A DNA stretch of 64,000 nt from assembly GCF_030028105.1 (NCBI RefSeq), contig NC_092379.1, positions 23,615,821 to 23,679,820 of the forward strand, written 5' to 3'. The notes under the pieces are model-generated. The model did not search any database, was not told where the DNA came from, and worked only from the letters and a program-made list of their open reading frames with translations. The stretch comes from Mobula birostris (taxonomy: Eukaryota). Positions 36,503 to 49,048 of this stretch are shown one piece after another. Made by a program: the position numbers and the translations under genes. The first letter of the stretch is position 1, and each line of letters starts with the position of its first letter.

Positions 36503-37650
36503 CACAGCATGAAATCCCAGTAACAAAACATTTGCTGGTCAGACGTTACGCTCCCATTTCTCAATGCAGGACTATATCACAAGAGCTGTATATGACTGTC
36601 CAAATTGCCTAAAATCTCATTATTTCCAGTGATGTATAATAATGCAATGTATTTTATTCCTTATTAGCAAATATGTTTCTGAATATATGTACTGAGCAAA
36701 CTCCTGGTCAAGCCTCTTAGAAATATAAAATGAATGCAAAAGCTCTAAATTGTATGAATCGATGACACATTTAATTATTCCCAACTGTTAAATGTTAATT
36801 GACACCAGTTTATCCTGTGTTAAGAAAGATCTGATTCACAGCGGCGATTCTGCCTCGGCATGTTCTTTGATTATAGAGAAAGCTCAAACAGTACATTTTG
36901 GGGTTAATCGGCACTTTTAGCCTGTGAAGACCTTTTCTGTAAAATCAAAGTCAAATACTTTTCATCACCAGTCCCCTTCCTTATCTGTCTACATCCCTTC
37001 CACTCCGCCACACGTAGAAATCCACATTCCCTATGAAAACTACGGTGGAATGTGCTTCCAAATCCCCTTCACTAAGCTGTAGACCAAAGCTTCTCATTGA
37101 ATAAATTCTTCCTGGCTAGTGATCTCATATCTGTGTCTCAATCTCGATGCTTCTGTCAGTTGGAGTGTTTTTTTCCCTTCATCTGCCTGCCATTAACTTC
37201 AATGGACAATTATCTCATGTACTCCCTCGCCTTGTCTTTTCAGAGTGGAAACACGCCAGATTTACCCATTCTATCTTTCGGCCTATGGACACACTTTCCA
37301 AGTCCCTTCTAATCCCAGTTGCTTTGAAAGTTTAGCTGCCAGAAATGGATACAATGCTCCAGTTGTGGCCAAACCAAAGTCCTACGAAAGTACTGCACAA
37401 CGCTTCCTTACACTACCGAAGCCCTTATATACATTCCATCGCCAGATACATCGCTTCTTCATGTTCTAAATAAAATTACAGCACTCTTGTTTAGTCCTCG
37501 CTCTGAGCTATAAAGAATTACCCCAAAGATTCCAAATACGTTAATTCATGGACGTGATTATCTTGTAATCGTCTATGACAATCACATTAATCTAAGGCGA
37601 TGTGTCAGCAGTCTCTTTCTGTGCTGTTAGAAGTACAAAATAAGACTTAC

Positions 37651-37713
37651 TAGGCTGTACAGTTAGGCGTGTCCCAGTTCCAAAAGTTAAAATGTTGGTG
37701 TTGCCATAAGTCA
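37651..37713 (-). CDS. TRAJ: TRAJ, intact (paralogue of 34414)
   Basis: TYGNTNILTFGTGTRLTVQP; CACAGTG(37714)-12-ACACAAACC; GTAAGT. Confidence 0.92.
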
Positions 37714-37989
37714 CACAGTGCCATATCCCCAAACACAAACCCCTCACTTCCTTCTGACCATTCCTGCATAATCAACTCATTGTAGCACTCAGATAAAACA
37801 GCAAAACGCGTAGAAGTAACAAAGACGAATTCTGTTTGCATATTTTATGGTCTTATTAATAAATATAGATGCTGGTATTGATCTCATGCTTATTTTATCT
37901 TCTGTAACATCATCGCAGCATACATGACAGCTATTTAAAACAGATCAAAACTCTTCACCAATAGCTCAGGTAATTTTTCTGTTACGTAC

Positions 37990-38051
37990 TTGGTTGAACA
38001 GTGAGTTTGGTACCAGATCCAAATATGAGCTTGTATCCAGCATCATTCACC
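37990..38051 (-). CDS. TRAJ: TRAJ, intact (paralogue of 34771)
   Basis: VNDAGYKLIFGSGTKLTVQP; CACAGTG(38052)-12-ACAAAAAAC; donor GTACGT. Confidence 0.9.
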
Positions 38052-38124
38052 CACAGTGTGTGAGAGGTTGACAAAAAACATTGTCAGAGGTGAGCAACAA
38101 ACTACAAAGTCCTATAAGTGGGCA

Positions 38125-38207
38125 GCACATGCAAAATGCTGGAGGAACTCAGTCGGCCAGGCAGCATCTATGGAAGAGAGTACAGGCGACGTTTCTGGCC
38201 GAAATCC
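38125..38207 (-). mobile_element. Penelope-like short insertion with degenerate 9-bp TSD
   Basis: gcacatgcaaaatgctggaggaactcagtcggccaggcagcatctatgg...gacgtttctggccgaaatcc flanked by AAGTGGGCA / AAATGAGCA; absent from the paralogous site near 34900. Confidence 0.75.
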
Positions 38208-39081
38208 AAATGAGCAACAACTCTCAAAATAATTTTCGGACAATCACACAACCAGTGGTTATCAATTTGGGATTGGATTCAAGAGAAATACCTCCTCTTC
38301 CAGAGTTATGTACTTTTGGAATTCTGTCCGCTGAACGGCTGTAGAGGCTGAATCTTTGATCATATTTATAAGCGTGGATTATATTTTAGAAAAAAATCTA
38401 GGGGTAGTGGGAAAGGTAGGAAGATGATTTCAACGATCTTATTAAATAGCAGAACAGATAATAAGGAACTTCGACAGAACACGTCTATGCCAACCACGAT
38501 GTATATATTTTCATATCCTATTTGCATTCGCTTTTTGCTTTAACCAAACCCCACCCCCCAAACGTTTCCCAACCAAGTACCTGGCGAAGTGATCTTTAGA
38601 CACCATAATTATGCTGCCTCTATCATTTCCTCTGACAGCCTATTCCATATAATGAGCCCCTAATCTTCCTTTCAAGGGTCCCTTTCCCCTTTTAACCAAT
38701 GCCTTTGTGTTCAGACTCAATGACCCTGAGGGAAAGACTGGAACTATCTATCCCATTCATGACTGTAAAGGTTACTACATAGTCTGTTCCAGTCCAAAGA
38801 AGAGTCTAAGCCTGAGTCTAAGTCTAAATAAACAATCTCTATTTATTTAGAGATCGTTGTTCCTCAGTCGTTAAGTCGAGTCTCGGGGAGAACTCCAAAC
38901 TCTGACGACCTAACTTCTACGCCACTGTGACGCCATTTTAACTGGAGTCAATAGTTCAAATCCAATTCAACCTTATAACTCAAGCTTCCAAACATTCAAA
39001 TTTGCACACAGCAGTTTTGGTGAAACTTGCTGTAATTACTCCGGCATGACACAAACCAAATGCAAACTATTCCAAACTTAC

Positions 39082-39138
39082 TCGGAATAACAGACAGCTT
39101 TGTTCCAGATCCAAATGTGAGGGTGTAACCATCATTCG
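39082..39138 (-). CDS. TRAJ: TRAJ, intact
   Basis: NDGYTLTFGSGTKLSVIP; CACAGTG(39139)-12-TCAAAAACT; GTAAGT. Confidence 0.92.
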
Positions 39139-39364
39139 CACAGTGGCAACATGGCGCTCAAAAACTCCTGGGCAACTGTATGAAATGCTATGTGTTTTGT
39201 AACAGAGATAATTTAAACCCTGCTTTTTCTCCACAAGCTCTACCCGCAATGTGGAACATTTTCAGAACTTTTTGCATCTATTACACAATTAGTGAAGGTT
39301 CCCTCAGCTCACTGTTCTTACTTGTTACAACATTTTACCATCTACTTCCTAAGGCTCGCAGGCA

Positions 39365-39535
39365 CAGAACCAATTAACCTATTAATCCTCTTCACCTAAT
39401 AATACATCAGGGAACAGCAGGAATCCCACTCCGTCATAAGGAGAAGTTATAAACTCCATAAAGACAGCACCAGAGGTCAGGATAGAACCCGGGACTCTGG
39501 AGCTGTGAAACAAGAGCTCTAGCAGCAGCACCATT
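39365..39535 (-). mobile_element. SINE with tRNA-like head
   Basis: acagcaccagaggtcaggatagaacccgggactctggagctgtg (reverse B-box region). Confidence 0.6.
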
Positions 39536-40557
39536 CCAATTCTGATGACTAGACGTGATTCTGATGCATACTTATCAACGTTTCACTGTTGCATTCTTTC
39601 AGTACGCCATCAAATGCTGAAACAATAGAAATATAGCAACGGTGTAAACTCAATCTATTAACCAAAATTGTTTGCCTACCGCTGGGTTGAATTTCATGGG
39701 TTGCATTATGGTGGGTAAATCCACCATGTATCGACAAATTTAAAGTGTTTTCCTTGCATTCTATCTTTGGAATCTTTCATTGCATAGTCCCTAAGAAAAT
39801 GATCGTCGTCATCTCTATAGAAACTCCCCAGTTATATCAATGGGGCTAATTATGTTTTCAGTTACCTTGCTGTACTGTAAAGACTACCGTAATCCTTATA
39901 CGAGTGAAATTTGTCTCTGGGGTATTTATTGGCTGCGGAGATAGGGTTAGAGACGATGAATAGGAGAGAAACTCTTCTGTTTTAGTTTGGCACATGTTTC
40001 AAACTATGGGGGCTGTGGAGGTGAGGATATTCCTACTTATATTGGGAAAAGCTATAATTTGGAACATGTCCGTTGTAAGGCAGAGGAGACAGACTAAACT
40101 AAAAGATAGAAGAACACCACGGTAAATCTAATCTGCGGAACTGTGTGAATTCCAATGACCGCAAAAGCAATTCCCAATGCATAGAATTATGTAATTTTGT
40201 GCCGTGAACATTCTATAATGAAATGTGCCCATTTGCCATACGTAATTGGTTATACGATTAATATTGCCCTTTTTTCAAAACTCAATTTGTTAGTGATGAT
40301 CTACTTCATCCTACCCGATAACACAAACCCCGGAAGCATTCTATCAACTATGTACAGCCTATGAAGATATCGTCCGGAGAAATGGTAGATACTATTGCCA
40401 AGGACCCATTTTCGGCTGTTTTGCTAATTAAGCTATCTGCTCTATAGGTTTATCCAACCTAACGTTATGGACATCAATGCTAAGTCGTATTTCATTCATT
40501 AGTTACATTTTACATAGCTTGAAAACTCAAATTATAATCGGAATAATCAATACTCAC

Positions 40558-40621
40558 TTGGAATTACAGTGAGCTTGGTCCCAGCTGCAAATATAAGCCG
40601 AGAGCCAGATCCATCATATCC
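40558..40621 (-). CDS. TRAJ: TRAJ with FAAG motif, signals intact
   Basis: GYDGSGSRLIFAAGTKLTVIP; CACAGTG(40622)-12-ACAAAAAAC; GTGAGT. Confidence 0.88.
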
Positions 40622-41667
40622 CACAGTGAGAAGCTAATGTACAAAAAACATCCCCTTTGCACCTGAGCGTCCATCATGATAAACGCTCTCCAACATTACA
40701 TTCGGGGTGTTGATAAATAATACTGACTGCATTAATCACATTATTAAGAGAACACTGTTAAGTTTTCACTTTACCACTTTTTGTTTACTTCACTTTACTT
40801 CAAACAGTATGTCGTTGTTAATAACATTATGCAGAACAAAATTTAGTCTATCAATGGAGCTTAAACGACAAGTCTCTTATCAATCAGCACAGGGATTTCC
40901 TTAAGCCTTCGCAAGAGCTGGCTAATTATTTCCGATGCTAGCCTTTGGAAGCAAATTTTGTTCCAAGTCTTTCGCTCTTACTGAATTACAGGAAGACACA
41001 GTGTTATTAATGATATATTAATAAGACGCATTCAAGCTGTATTTTAGACTACTTTGCTCTGTGAAACATTAATATGAAATAATGTTTAAGCTTTATTATG
41101 GGAATATTGTCGTTTGTGTTATATCACCAAGAGACGTATTTTGCGCTATTGCATGAGAATTTTGTTTTGCATAATGTTATTAACAACGACATACTGTTTA
41201 AGCTGTGTTGTTGGAATGATATCCTTTCGTGGAGATTTCGTAAGAGGTCTTCGTTTAAGCTGCTTTGCTTTTTTTTGTTAGACATATTAATTAATGGGGA
41301 ATTGTTTAATGCCCTTTGTGATTTTAATGACATAAGATCAGCAAGGTTCTCTTTCAAATTGAAGGAAATAGCAGAGAAAATAACAGTTACAAGAGCTCGA
41401 CTCAATGTTGAGAAAGTGTTACCTCGACTTATGTAAAACCTTTCATGATAAAACAAACACATCAGACTGCTCTCGAAAAATTTGATTATTTTTCATGGAA
41501 AAATCCAGCAGGTCAGGCAGATACTGTGGAAATAGAAACTGGCCTACAATGTTGTCTTCAATTCCATTTACACGGGTGCTGCCTTTCCTGCTGAGCATCA
41601 CCATTTATTTCTTAAAATTCGGACTGGGAAGAATCTGATGAACTCGTCAACATGCTGAACTACTTAC

Positions 41668-41730
41668 TCGGTTCGATGATCAACCGAGTTCCACCTCCAA
41701 ATATCAGTTGATCTGTTGCTCCTGTATACA
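41668..41730 (-). CDS. TRAJ: TRAJ, intact
   Basis: YTGATDQLIFGGGTRLIIEP; CACAGTG(41731)-12-ACAAAAACT; GTAAGT. Confidence 0.93.
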
Positions 41731-42744
41731 CACAGTGTCTAACCCCGCCACAAAAACTTGTTCAATGAATATTTACGTACTCATGATGACCTTCTGATGG
41801 GTAAACTATAGGGGCAACATTTTAACACAATTGTTTCTCAATTCTACTCTGTTCTGGCACTTCAATTCTTTTCTAAACCGTCATTATCTTTCAAACGATT
41901 CACCCTCGAATCCTTCCGTGAGGACACATTCCTCCTACAACATCTTACCCAGTGACGGGAACATTTCCAGACAATGCTAACTCAGTTTGCCACTGTCTAC
42001 CTCTCAGCCAGGCAGCCTGTCAAAGTCCACTGACTCCCCATACTTACCTTTTGCCTTTGAATAACAGATTTCTTAAATTTCTGAAATTAGTTTAGGGATT
42101 TAGAGAGACAACAGCCAGCGTCCTAGGAAGATGATCTTTCACTGGTGCAGTAACGCAGGTAGCGAAGTTGCTGGAACGGAGACAAAGGATCAGTCTACCC
42201 TTGGGGTGCCTTATGTGTGGGGTTTGCTGTTTCTCCCTGTGATTGCCTGATTAACTGACGGCGATACTCTTTATCCCCACAGCCTTCGGAGAATTACCAC
42301 CGCAAATTGCTCCCAGTTTGCAGGAAAGTGCAAGAAAGAAAGGAGAATAAAATAAAGTAGTAATGTAGGATTGATGTGAATGGTCTGCACGAACTCAGCA
42401 GGCTGAAGGATTGATTTTTGTGCTGCACCTCGTTAGAGCTCACTGATTCTATTTCGCCTGTGTTAAAAAAAAAATGTCTTTGACCTGAAACGTTGGCATC
42501 ATGCCTCCCTCCAAAGCTACTGGTACACCTACTGAATTATTACATTTAATATTGCCAGTATATGGAACAGAGCTCAAGCTGAGTAATGCAGTTCATCCAT
42601 ATTCCCAGACGTTGGACTGATAAAAATTATTATGATGTTTATATTTGGTTTGAAATTATTTTTACGAAATTCTAAACAAGGAGCTCAACAGGATTAATAG
42701 ATGGTTGCCAGTATAAGTCTCCACAAAATATACACCTTGCTTAT

Positions 42745-42806
42745 AGAGTACTAAGGGCAGTCTAGTCCCGCTTCCAGATATGAGGGGACACTTTTTCCCT
42801 ATACTC
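42745..42806 (-). pseudogene. TRAJ: TRAJ pseudogene
   Basis: SIGKKCPLISGSGTRLPLVL (F to S; seen in ORF 42662-42844); CACAATG-12-GCAAATCTT; donor ATAAGC. Confidence 0.7.
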
Positions 42807-43174
42807 CACAATGTCCAACACCGTCGCAAATCTTCCCCTGTCAACAGTTACTTAGTACTGCTACCTGCTGAATGCAAGCAAACTTCCAGACAAATAGAAT
42901 TTTACTTTATCTTTAGTTTTCTCTTGCGCTCTTCTTCGTATATCTTGGGATTTTTACATCTTGGGATTTTCAATTGTTCTCATTTCCCTCTCTGTCACTA
43001 CTCAGGATTCATCCCAATCGATATTGCAACGGAGAAACCCACTCCTAGTGCCCCTTACAAATGCATTGCAGGAATATATTCAGATATTTGTCGGGAGAAT
43101 ATACTTGGTCCATTTTTCTAACATGTAAAACCCAAAGAGTTTAATGCAGATGAATTTCCTTTCGAAATTCTTAC

Positions 43175-43234
43175 TTGGTATGACTGTCAGGTTCGTTCCT
43201 GATTTCAACGCTAGGTAGTCAATACTGGAATTCT
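43175..43234 (-). pseudogene. TRAJ: TRAJ pseudogene/ORF
   Basis: NSSIDYLALKSGTNLTVIP (LKSG); heptamer CATAGTA; donor GTAAGA. Confidence 0.75.
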
Positions 43235-43665
43235 CATAGTACTATTCACCAGTACCAAAGCCATTTTGGGGCTGTTCTGGTCCGGAGAAAAGAGACTCAG
43301 CTCTATATAATTCTCACTCCATCCTTCCATTTGGAGAACCCGTGAATATAGAAAAGGGTTATCTTCTTGTTGTTATGGATGAGTTACACCACACAGAGAG
43401 AAAACTACGCAGAAAGAATTAGAGTCAACAAATGGATTATTAAACTGAGGCATTTACACTCTCCTTCTTCCCCCTCCTTCACATTCTCCATCGAGGCTAG
43501 CTGACCTGGTGAATATTTTCTAACTTCACATTTTCATTTCTTTTTTTTCTCCCCCAGTATCTTGAAATTTAGATGAGTGTGGATTTTTGACCATTCAACC
43601 TTTCTAGTTTCCATTTTTTTTGATAATCCAGGCATAAAATCTAGAGAATGTTCAGGATTACTTAC

Positions 43666-43731
43666 TAGGAATCACGGTTAATCTGGTTCCTGGTCCGAAT
43701 GTTAACTTCCTATCGCCTCCACTATTATTCG
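43666..43731 (-). CDS. TRAJ: TRAJ, intact
   Basis: NNSGGDRKLTFGPGTRLTVIP; CACAGTG(43732)-12-GCAAAAACG; GTAAGT. Confidence 0.93.
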
Positions 43732-44772
43732 CACAGTGGCAATCAGCAGTGCAAAAACGTCAGAGTCTAATTTAGTGCTGGCGTGAACCTGTCGCCTCCG
43801 TCCTCAATCTGGTTATTTTCGTTTCTTTTAAGGAGCACAGGAACACACGAAAATAGGATCGGGAATAGGAAACCAGTCATCTCCGTCTTTAATACTTATA
43901 ATGTTCTGGATTTCAGAGTCCTAATTCTAGCGATTCCATACCCTCGGAGAGGTTTTACACATCTCAGTTTTAAATGGCTTCCGCCTTTAAAATGTAACTA
44001 CATTTCTTTGTCCATTAATCTCCCACAAACAGCGGATACCTCCATCCTTATTCCTCTAAGCTCTAAGAAATACAAACCGACCTACCCGGCCTCTCTTGGT
44101 ATGCAAGACACCTTTATCGCAGGGTTCTTTTAACATGGAAATATTCCATTTATTATTACATTCCAGAGTTTCTTGTCATGATACTTATGCCTCATTCTAC
44201 ACAACTCACAGATGAAAACCTGGCAACAATTGAGAATAAAAAAACATCTGCGTAACGAGATCTATTTCTATTTGACAGGACTTTGACAGGTTTTCGCAAA
44301 TGAGTTTTAACATGTATTGCTATAAGCTCAAGCTGCATTATTAAATTAATTCCAAGTACTTCTTTGCATATGATTAGCATTAGACGTGAGTCAGCAAGTG
44401 TTCTGTAAGATTACGTTATTTCATTGGAAATGAGAAGGAAACAGCTGGCATTTGCATCACATGTGGGACAACATCTCTTTCCAATAAACTGTAACCTTAT
44501 TACAAGATCCAAGAAGCAACTCCTTACCGTTATCAATAAAATATGTTTTGCGGTGTGTATTGATCGCTCAGATGGATAACAGATAGCCAACAATAATTGA
44601 TATATGATTGTCTATAATACCAGATGTTCTTTCCATAACACATTATAGTTGGTTCGAAATGTAAGGTTCAGGTTAGGTTAATAATTCGTTAAAACTATAT
44701 TCATTAAATATTAAGACTCGAGCAACTGGTGTTAGCTGATGGCTGAGCCCACCATCATATTGTTCTACTTAC

Positions 44773-44835
44773 TGGGTTCGATAGTGAGTTTGGTCCCACC
44801 TCCAAATATGAGAGTATTTGATCCTAGAGTATTCA
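44773..44835 (-). CDS. TRAJ: TRAJ, intact
   Basis: NTLGSNTLIFGGGTKLTIEP; CACAACG(44836)-12-ACAAAAACT; GTAAGT. Confidence 0.9.
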
Positions 44836-45162
44836 CACAACGCTTAATCCCGTCACAAAAACTTCGCTGACCACAGTTACTCAGTTATCCTGAAATCTCA
44901 TGTAGCTCCAAGGGTCAAAGCAGGGTATAAAATAGGAATTAATCTTGCTTCTCCTTCCTCACACACCCTACATTCCCGGAACATCATTTCCCTTGTTCTC
45001 GTTGCCATATGAGGCATAAAAGTATTTTCTTCGATGCGCATTCCTAAATATTACGAATTACTCAGTTATATAGCGTATTTATGGAAAAGTGGTAAACAGA
45101 TACACAAATTAAACATAGAGAGAGAAAGTTGCTGGAGAATTTCTGTTTGCAAAAACACTAAA

Positions 45163-45222
45163 TGGGTGTCATTGTTAGTCTTGTTCCCTGGTCGAATGTT
45201 ATTTTATCGTTGCCATAACACA
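45163..45222 (-). pseudogene. TRAJ: TRAJ pseudogene
   Basis: CYGNDKITFDQGTRLTMTP (FDQG); CACTGAA-12-ACACAAACT; donor TTTAGT. Confidence 0.75.
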
Positions 45223-45769
45223 CACTGAACAAACAAGGAATACACAAACTCGGGGGGCTCTTTTGAATCTGGGTATAACACAATAGTTCTTCAACGTTCT
45301 GATTCTGAACTCTTTTTGACTGGAAGCATCAGTTTTTCAATGACCTACAACCAAATCTATCACATGAAACCACATAGGTTACAATCCATTTGTAAACCCT
45401 TACTGCACACTCCCAAATAATCAGCCTTCTTCGAACAATTCAGAAAATTCAATTAAAGTTTGATCAAGGAGAGGTCTCCAATGAATTGTTTTCGTACTCG
45501 AAGTGCTTTAGTCCACTTAACAATACATACATGATCTAATATGAGTTCAAGCTATTTTGACAACTATCCTTATAATTTGTTACCTTGTGGTTACCTTCAG
45601 ATTATCCATTTATATAACTTTTCATAAAGTGATCAGGAGCTTCAAAGGTCTCTTTGTAAATCAAGTATTAAGGTGAGCTTAATGCTTTAAACATCCAGAC
45701 ACCAAATCATAAAGTTTGCTAATTCCCTTTAGCGTTAGTCAGGAATAAGGTAAACAGGGATATGAAGGG

Positions 45770-46099
45770 AGGGGGAGGGAGGGGTGGATCGAGCGAAGGA
45801 GAGCCAAGGAGAAAGATGGAGAGACAGCCAGAGATAGAGAGAGGGAGGGTGAGAAAAAGAGATGTTGGGTGAAAGCAAGCGACTGAGTGAGACAGGCAGG
45901 GACGAGCACTGGGAGGGAGAAAAACAACGACAGATACTGGGAGTTTCGAGACAGAAAGAGTGAAAGGGGAGGAAAAGAGATGCAGTGTATGGTGGTGGAG
46001 GAGATATAGAGATGGACAACGATAATCACATAGTTAAGTAGATCGATAGAAACGGGCAAAGATTTAGTTAGACAAGTAGATAGATAGATAGATAGATAG

Positions 46100-46110
<11 letters not shown>
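45770..46110. repeat. Purine-rich low-complexity tract ending in (GATA)n(GA)n
   Basis: Direct inspection; homologous tract at about 49310-49540. Confidence 0.85.
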
Positions 46111-46135
<25 letters not shown>

Positions 46136-46284
46136 TTCTGCCATCCCGCAGCTGCAGTTGTTTTGATCTTTCGGTTGTAATGATTTTCCTCATTCTTGAC
46201 AGACTATTTGGAAAATTGGGAACCATTTCCAGAAATTGGAGACAACAACTAGATTATTGCCGATATGCAGTTTGATACACTTAC

Positions 46285-46350
46285 TGGGGCCCACGTTTAA
46301 CTTAGTTCCTGGTCCGAATGTTAACTTTCCAGCTGCTGAATCAGTGTACA
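46285..46350 (-). CDS. TRAJ: TRAJ, intact
   Basis: YTDSAAGKLTFGPGTKLNVGP; CACAGTA(46351)-12-ACAAAAATA; GTAAGT. Confidence 0.92.
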
Positions 46351-47081
46351 CACAGTACTAACTACAAATACAAAAATACTCGTATCCGTATTGCTCCCGC
46401 GAATATCTGCAGAACATTCACTAGCCACTTCCCAGTGGACACTTTTGAGACTACTTTGGAAATATGTTCCCTAGCCTTTCGATTATCATGTCAGGCCACA
46501 TGCTTCGATCAAAATTATAGTAAATACCACGACTGCAATAATAAATGCCTGGCTTCCTCTCAAATTCACTTTATCGGAGGTCACCCTGCGGAACTCGCAA
46601 CCGAACAGTTTCTCAACTTATTAACAGCGAACAATATGGAAGAAGATGTCTCTCTAACTCTTGATTGTGATCCTGCTTTCCTGCTTCAGAAAATCTATCC
46701 TTTCAAATGAAGAATCACGCCACTGACAAAATTTCAAATTAGTTATTCAAACTGTAGATTTAGATTGATCCAAGGACATTCTCAACGAAAGATTTCTCTT
46801 AATGTGGATCAATATTAATTTCTTTCAAAGGCTATCCACTTACATGTACAAACAATGAATCCCCTGAAATATATCTTGAAGTGATCAGTAGAAGGCAGTG
46901 ATTAAATAAAATATCGTCGCTCACTTGCCCATATATCCTTCCAGCCGAAAATGATTGTTGGCTCTCTAGGTAAAATTGGGTATGCAGTAATAATACTTTA
47001 TTAAACCAGATAAACTAGATATTGGGACTGCAGTAACCGTTGTTTACTGATGACCGAACACCAAAATACTTTACTACTTAC

Positions 47082-47144
47082 TTGGTTCTACGGTCAATTT
47101 CGTCCCACCGCCAAATATGGGAGGAGTTGCTCCCATATTATTCA
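47082..47144 (-). CDS. TRAJ: TRAJ, intact
   Basis: NNMGATPPIFGGGTKLTVEP; CACAACG(47145)-12-ACAAAAACA; GTAAGT. Confidence 0.9.
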
Positions 47145-47569
47145 CACAACGCTTAACTCCGTCACAAAAACATTTCCAGTCATCTCAGAGTTATACTTTT
47201 ACCTCATGCAGTAATCCAAACAGGAAATAAGTCATGAAATATAACACTAACTTCATTCCCTTCTGACCTGTTTGTGTTCCATATCATGATCATTTCCTCT
47301 AGAATTCCTTCTTTCCCCTCCAGGAACAAGATTCACCCGAGTCTGAATTTTAACAGGCATCAGCTTTATCAGCCTCTAATTTATACGAATAACTCCAGGT
47401 GCCATGTTCCCGTTACAAATTACAGCCGAAGGAAGTTATTCCATTGCAAATATCTGTGAATATTACGCATTACCCTGTTTTACAGCACATTACTGAAAAT
47501 CTGGCGACCACATCCACAAACGATTGAAAAAAGGGAAGAATAGGATAGATTTGTGTTTGAAGCACTTAC

Positions 47570-47629
47570 TAGGCGTTACTGTTAACTTCGTTCCTGAGCC
47601 GAATGTAAGTGTGTCTAACCCGGATTTCA
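47570..47629 (-). CDS. TRAJ: TRAJ, intact
   Basis: KSGLDTLTFGSGTKLTVTP; CACAGTG(47630)-12-ACAAAAACA; GTAAGT. Confidence 0.93.
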
Positions 47630-48058
47630 CACAGTGCCAGTCACCAGTACAAAAACACTTCGGTGTTATTTTGATCCCTGGAATAATCAGAAGATGGCTT
47701 CCTGGCAGATGAGGTAACTTGACGTTAAATTGACTTCTGGGCGTTTGAGAAATAATGCCCAGAGTTTGCTCCCTTTGCCTAAAGACAAGCTTCAGGAATA
47801 ATGTAATACTATTTTTTTAAATTCTATAAGTTAGGTTGGGAGCCTGGTATCCGCATGTTGGTGCCAATAGTACTAATGAATTTGTTGCAAAACTCTAGTT
47901 CAAGATCATGGAGTCACACAGCACGAAAAAGGGCTTTGCGGGTCACAGAGTCCATCACGCATTTGCACTAAACTTACATAAATCCCACAGTATTTTCCTT
48001 ACATCCCATCAACACATAAATAAGTAGATAGATAGAAGCAGACAGACAGTTAGGTAGA

Positions 48059-48090
<32 letters not shown>

Positions 48091-48467
48091 GAGGTGGGTG
48101 GGAGGGAGAGAGACAGTAACGGAGTCAAGGAAATCCTCATTGACTTGTTAGGATGTGACATCTCTTTCTGCTAGAAAAATGCTGTCTACCTGTACAGATT
48201 TTTGTGCACTAAAGACTGCAGTTCATTTGACATTTCCACTGCTCTGTATTTCCTGAATTTTGACAGGATATTAGAAAGATTGATAGCCAGTTCTACAAAT
48301 GAGAGCCAACATTTTTTTTTCAAAACTACTGTTTGAAAATTATTGTTTTCTGCCAGAGTAGACTTTAGTTATGTTATAATACACTGCACTACTCCACACA
48401 AATTTGATATTGGTACTGGAAGAAGTGGTTGTTGATGGCTGAACCGTTAATGTGATGAGCTACTTGC

Positions 48468-48531
48468 TTGGATCCACGGCCAGTTTGGACTCATCGCTAA
48501 AAAATGAGAGGAATTGTTTCCATGCCTTTCA
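48468..48531 (-). pseudogene. TRAJ: TRAJ pseudogene
   Basis: KGMETIPLIF* with +1 frameshift, 3' frame SKLAVDP; heptamer CATAATG; donor GCAAGT. Confidence 0.8.
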
Positions 48532-48988
48532 CATAATGCTTAACCTCGTCACAAAAATATTTCCAGTCATCAGTTACACAGTTATCCATTTTCTTTGTGT
48601 AGTCTAACTGGAGAGGAACCAAGTCATGACATTCGACTGCAATCTTATTACAATTACCTTGCTTCGGGTACGTTTTGGGATCTTCCCTTCTCTTTTTCAT
48701 CCCCTTCTTTCTCAGTTCCTGGGAAAGGATTATCCCCTATCCGTATTTTAACATTACATCTCATTGCAATGCATCTGTATGTCTGATTACTGTCACATCT
48801 CTCAAATACTTCTGGATGATATAAATTATAATAGGATCTATGCTTCTCTAATCCTTTGCATCTGACTCAAATTATTTCTTTGAAGTTAATTGTGAAGAAA
48901 ATGAATTGTTCAATTTTGTACCAAGTTTATGGTAACAACCAAAATACAAAGGCAAGAATTTTGATAAATTTCCATTTGAAACACTTCC

Positions 48989-49048
48989 TAGGAGATATTG
49001 CTAACCTCTTTCATGTGCCGAACGTTACCTTAACGTTAATAACATCTA
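48989..49048 (-). pseudogene. TRAJ: TRAJ pseudogene
   Basis: DVINVKVTFGT*KRLAISP; heptamer GACGGTA; donor GGAAGT. Confidence 0.8.
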
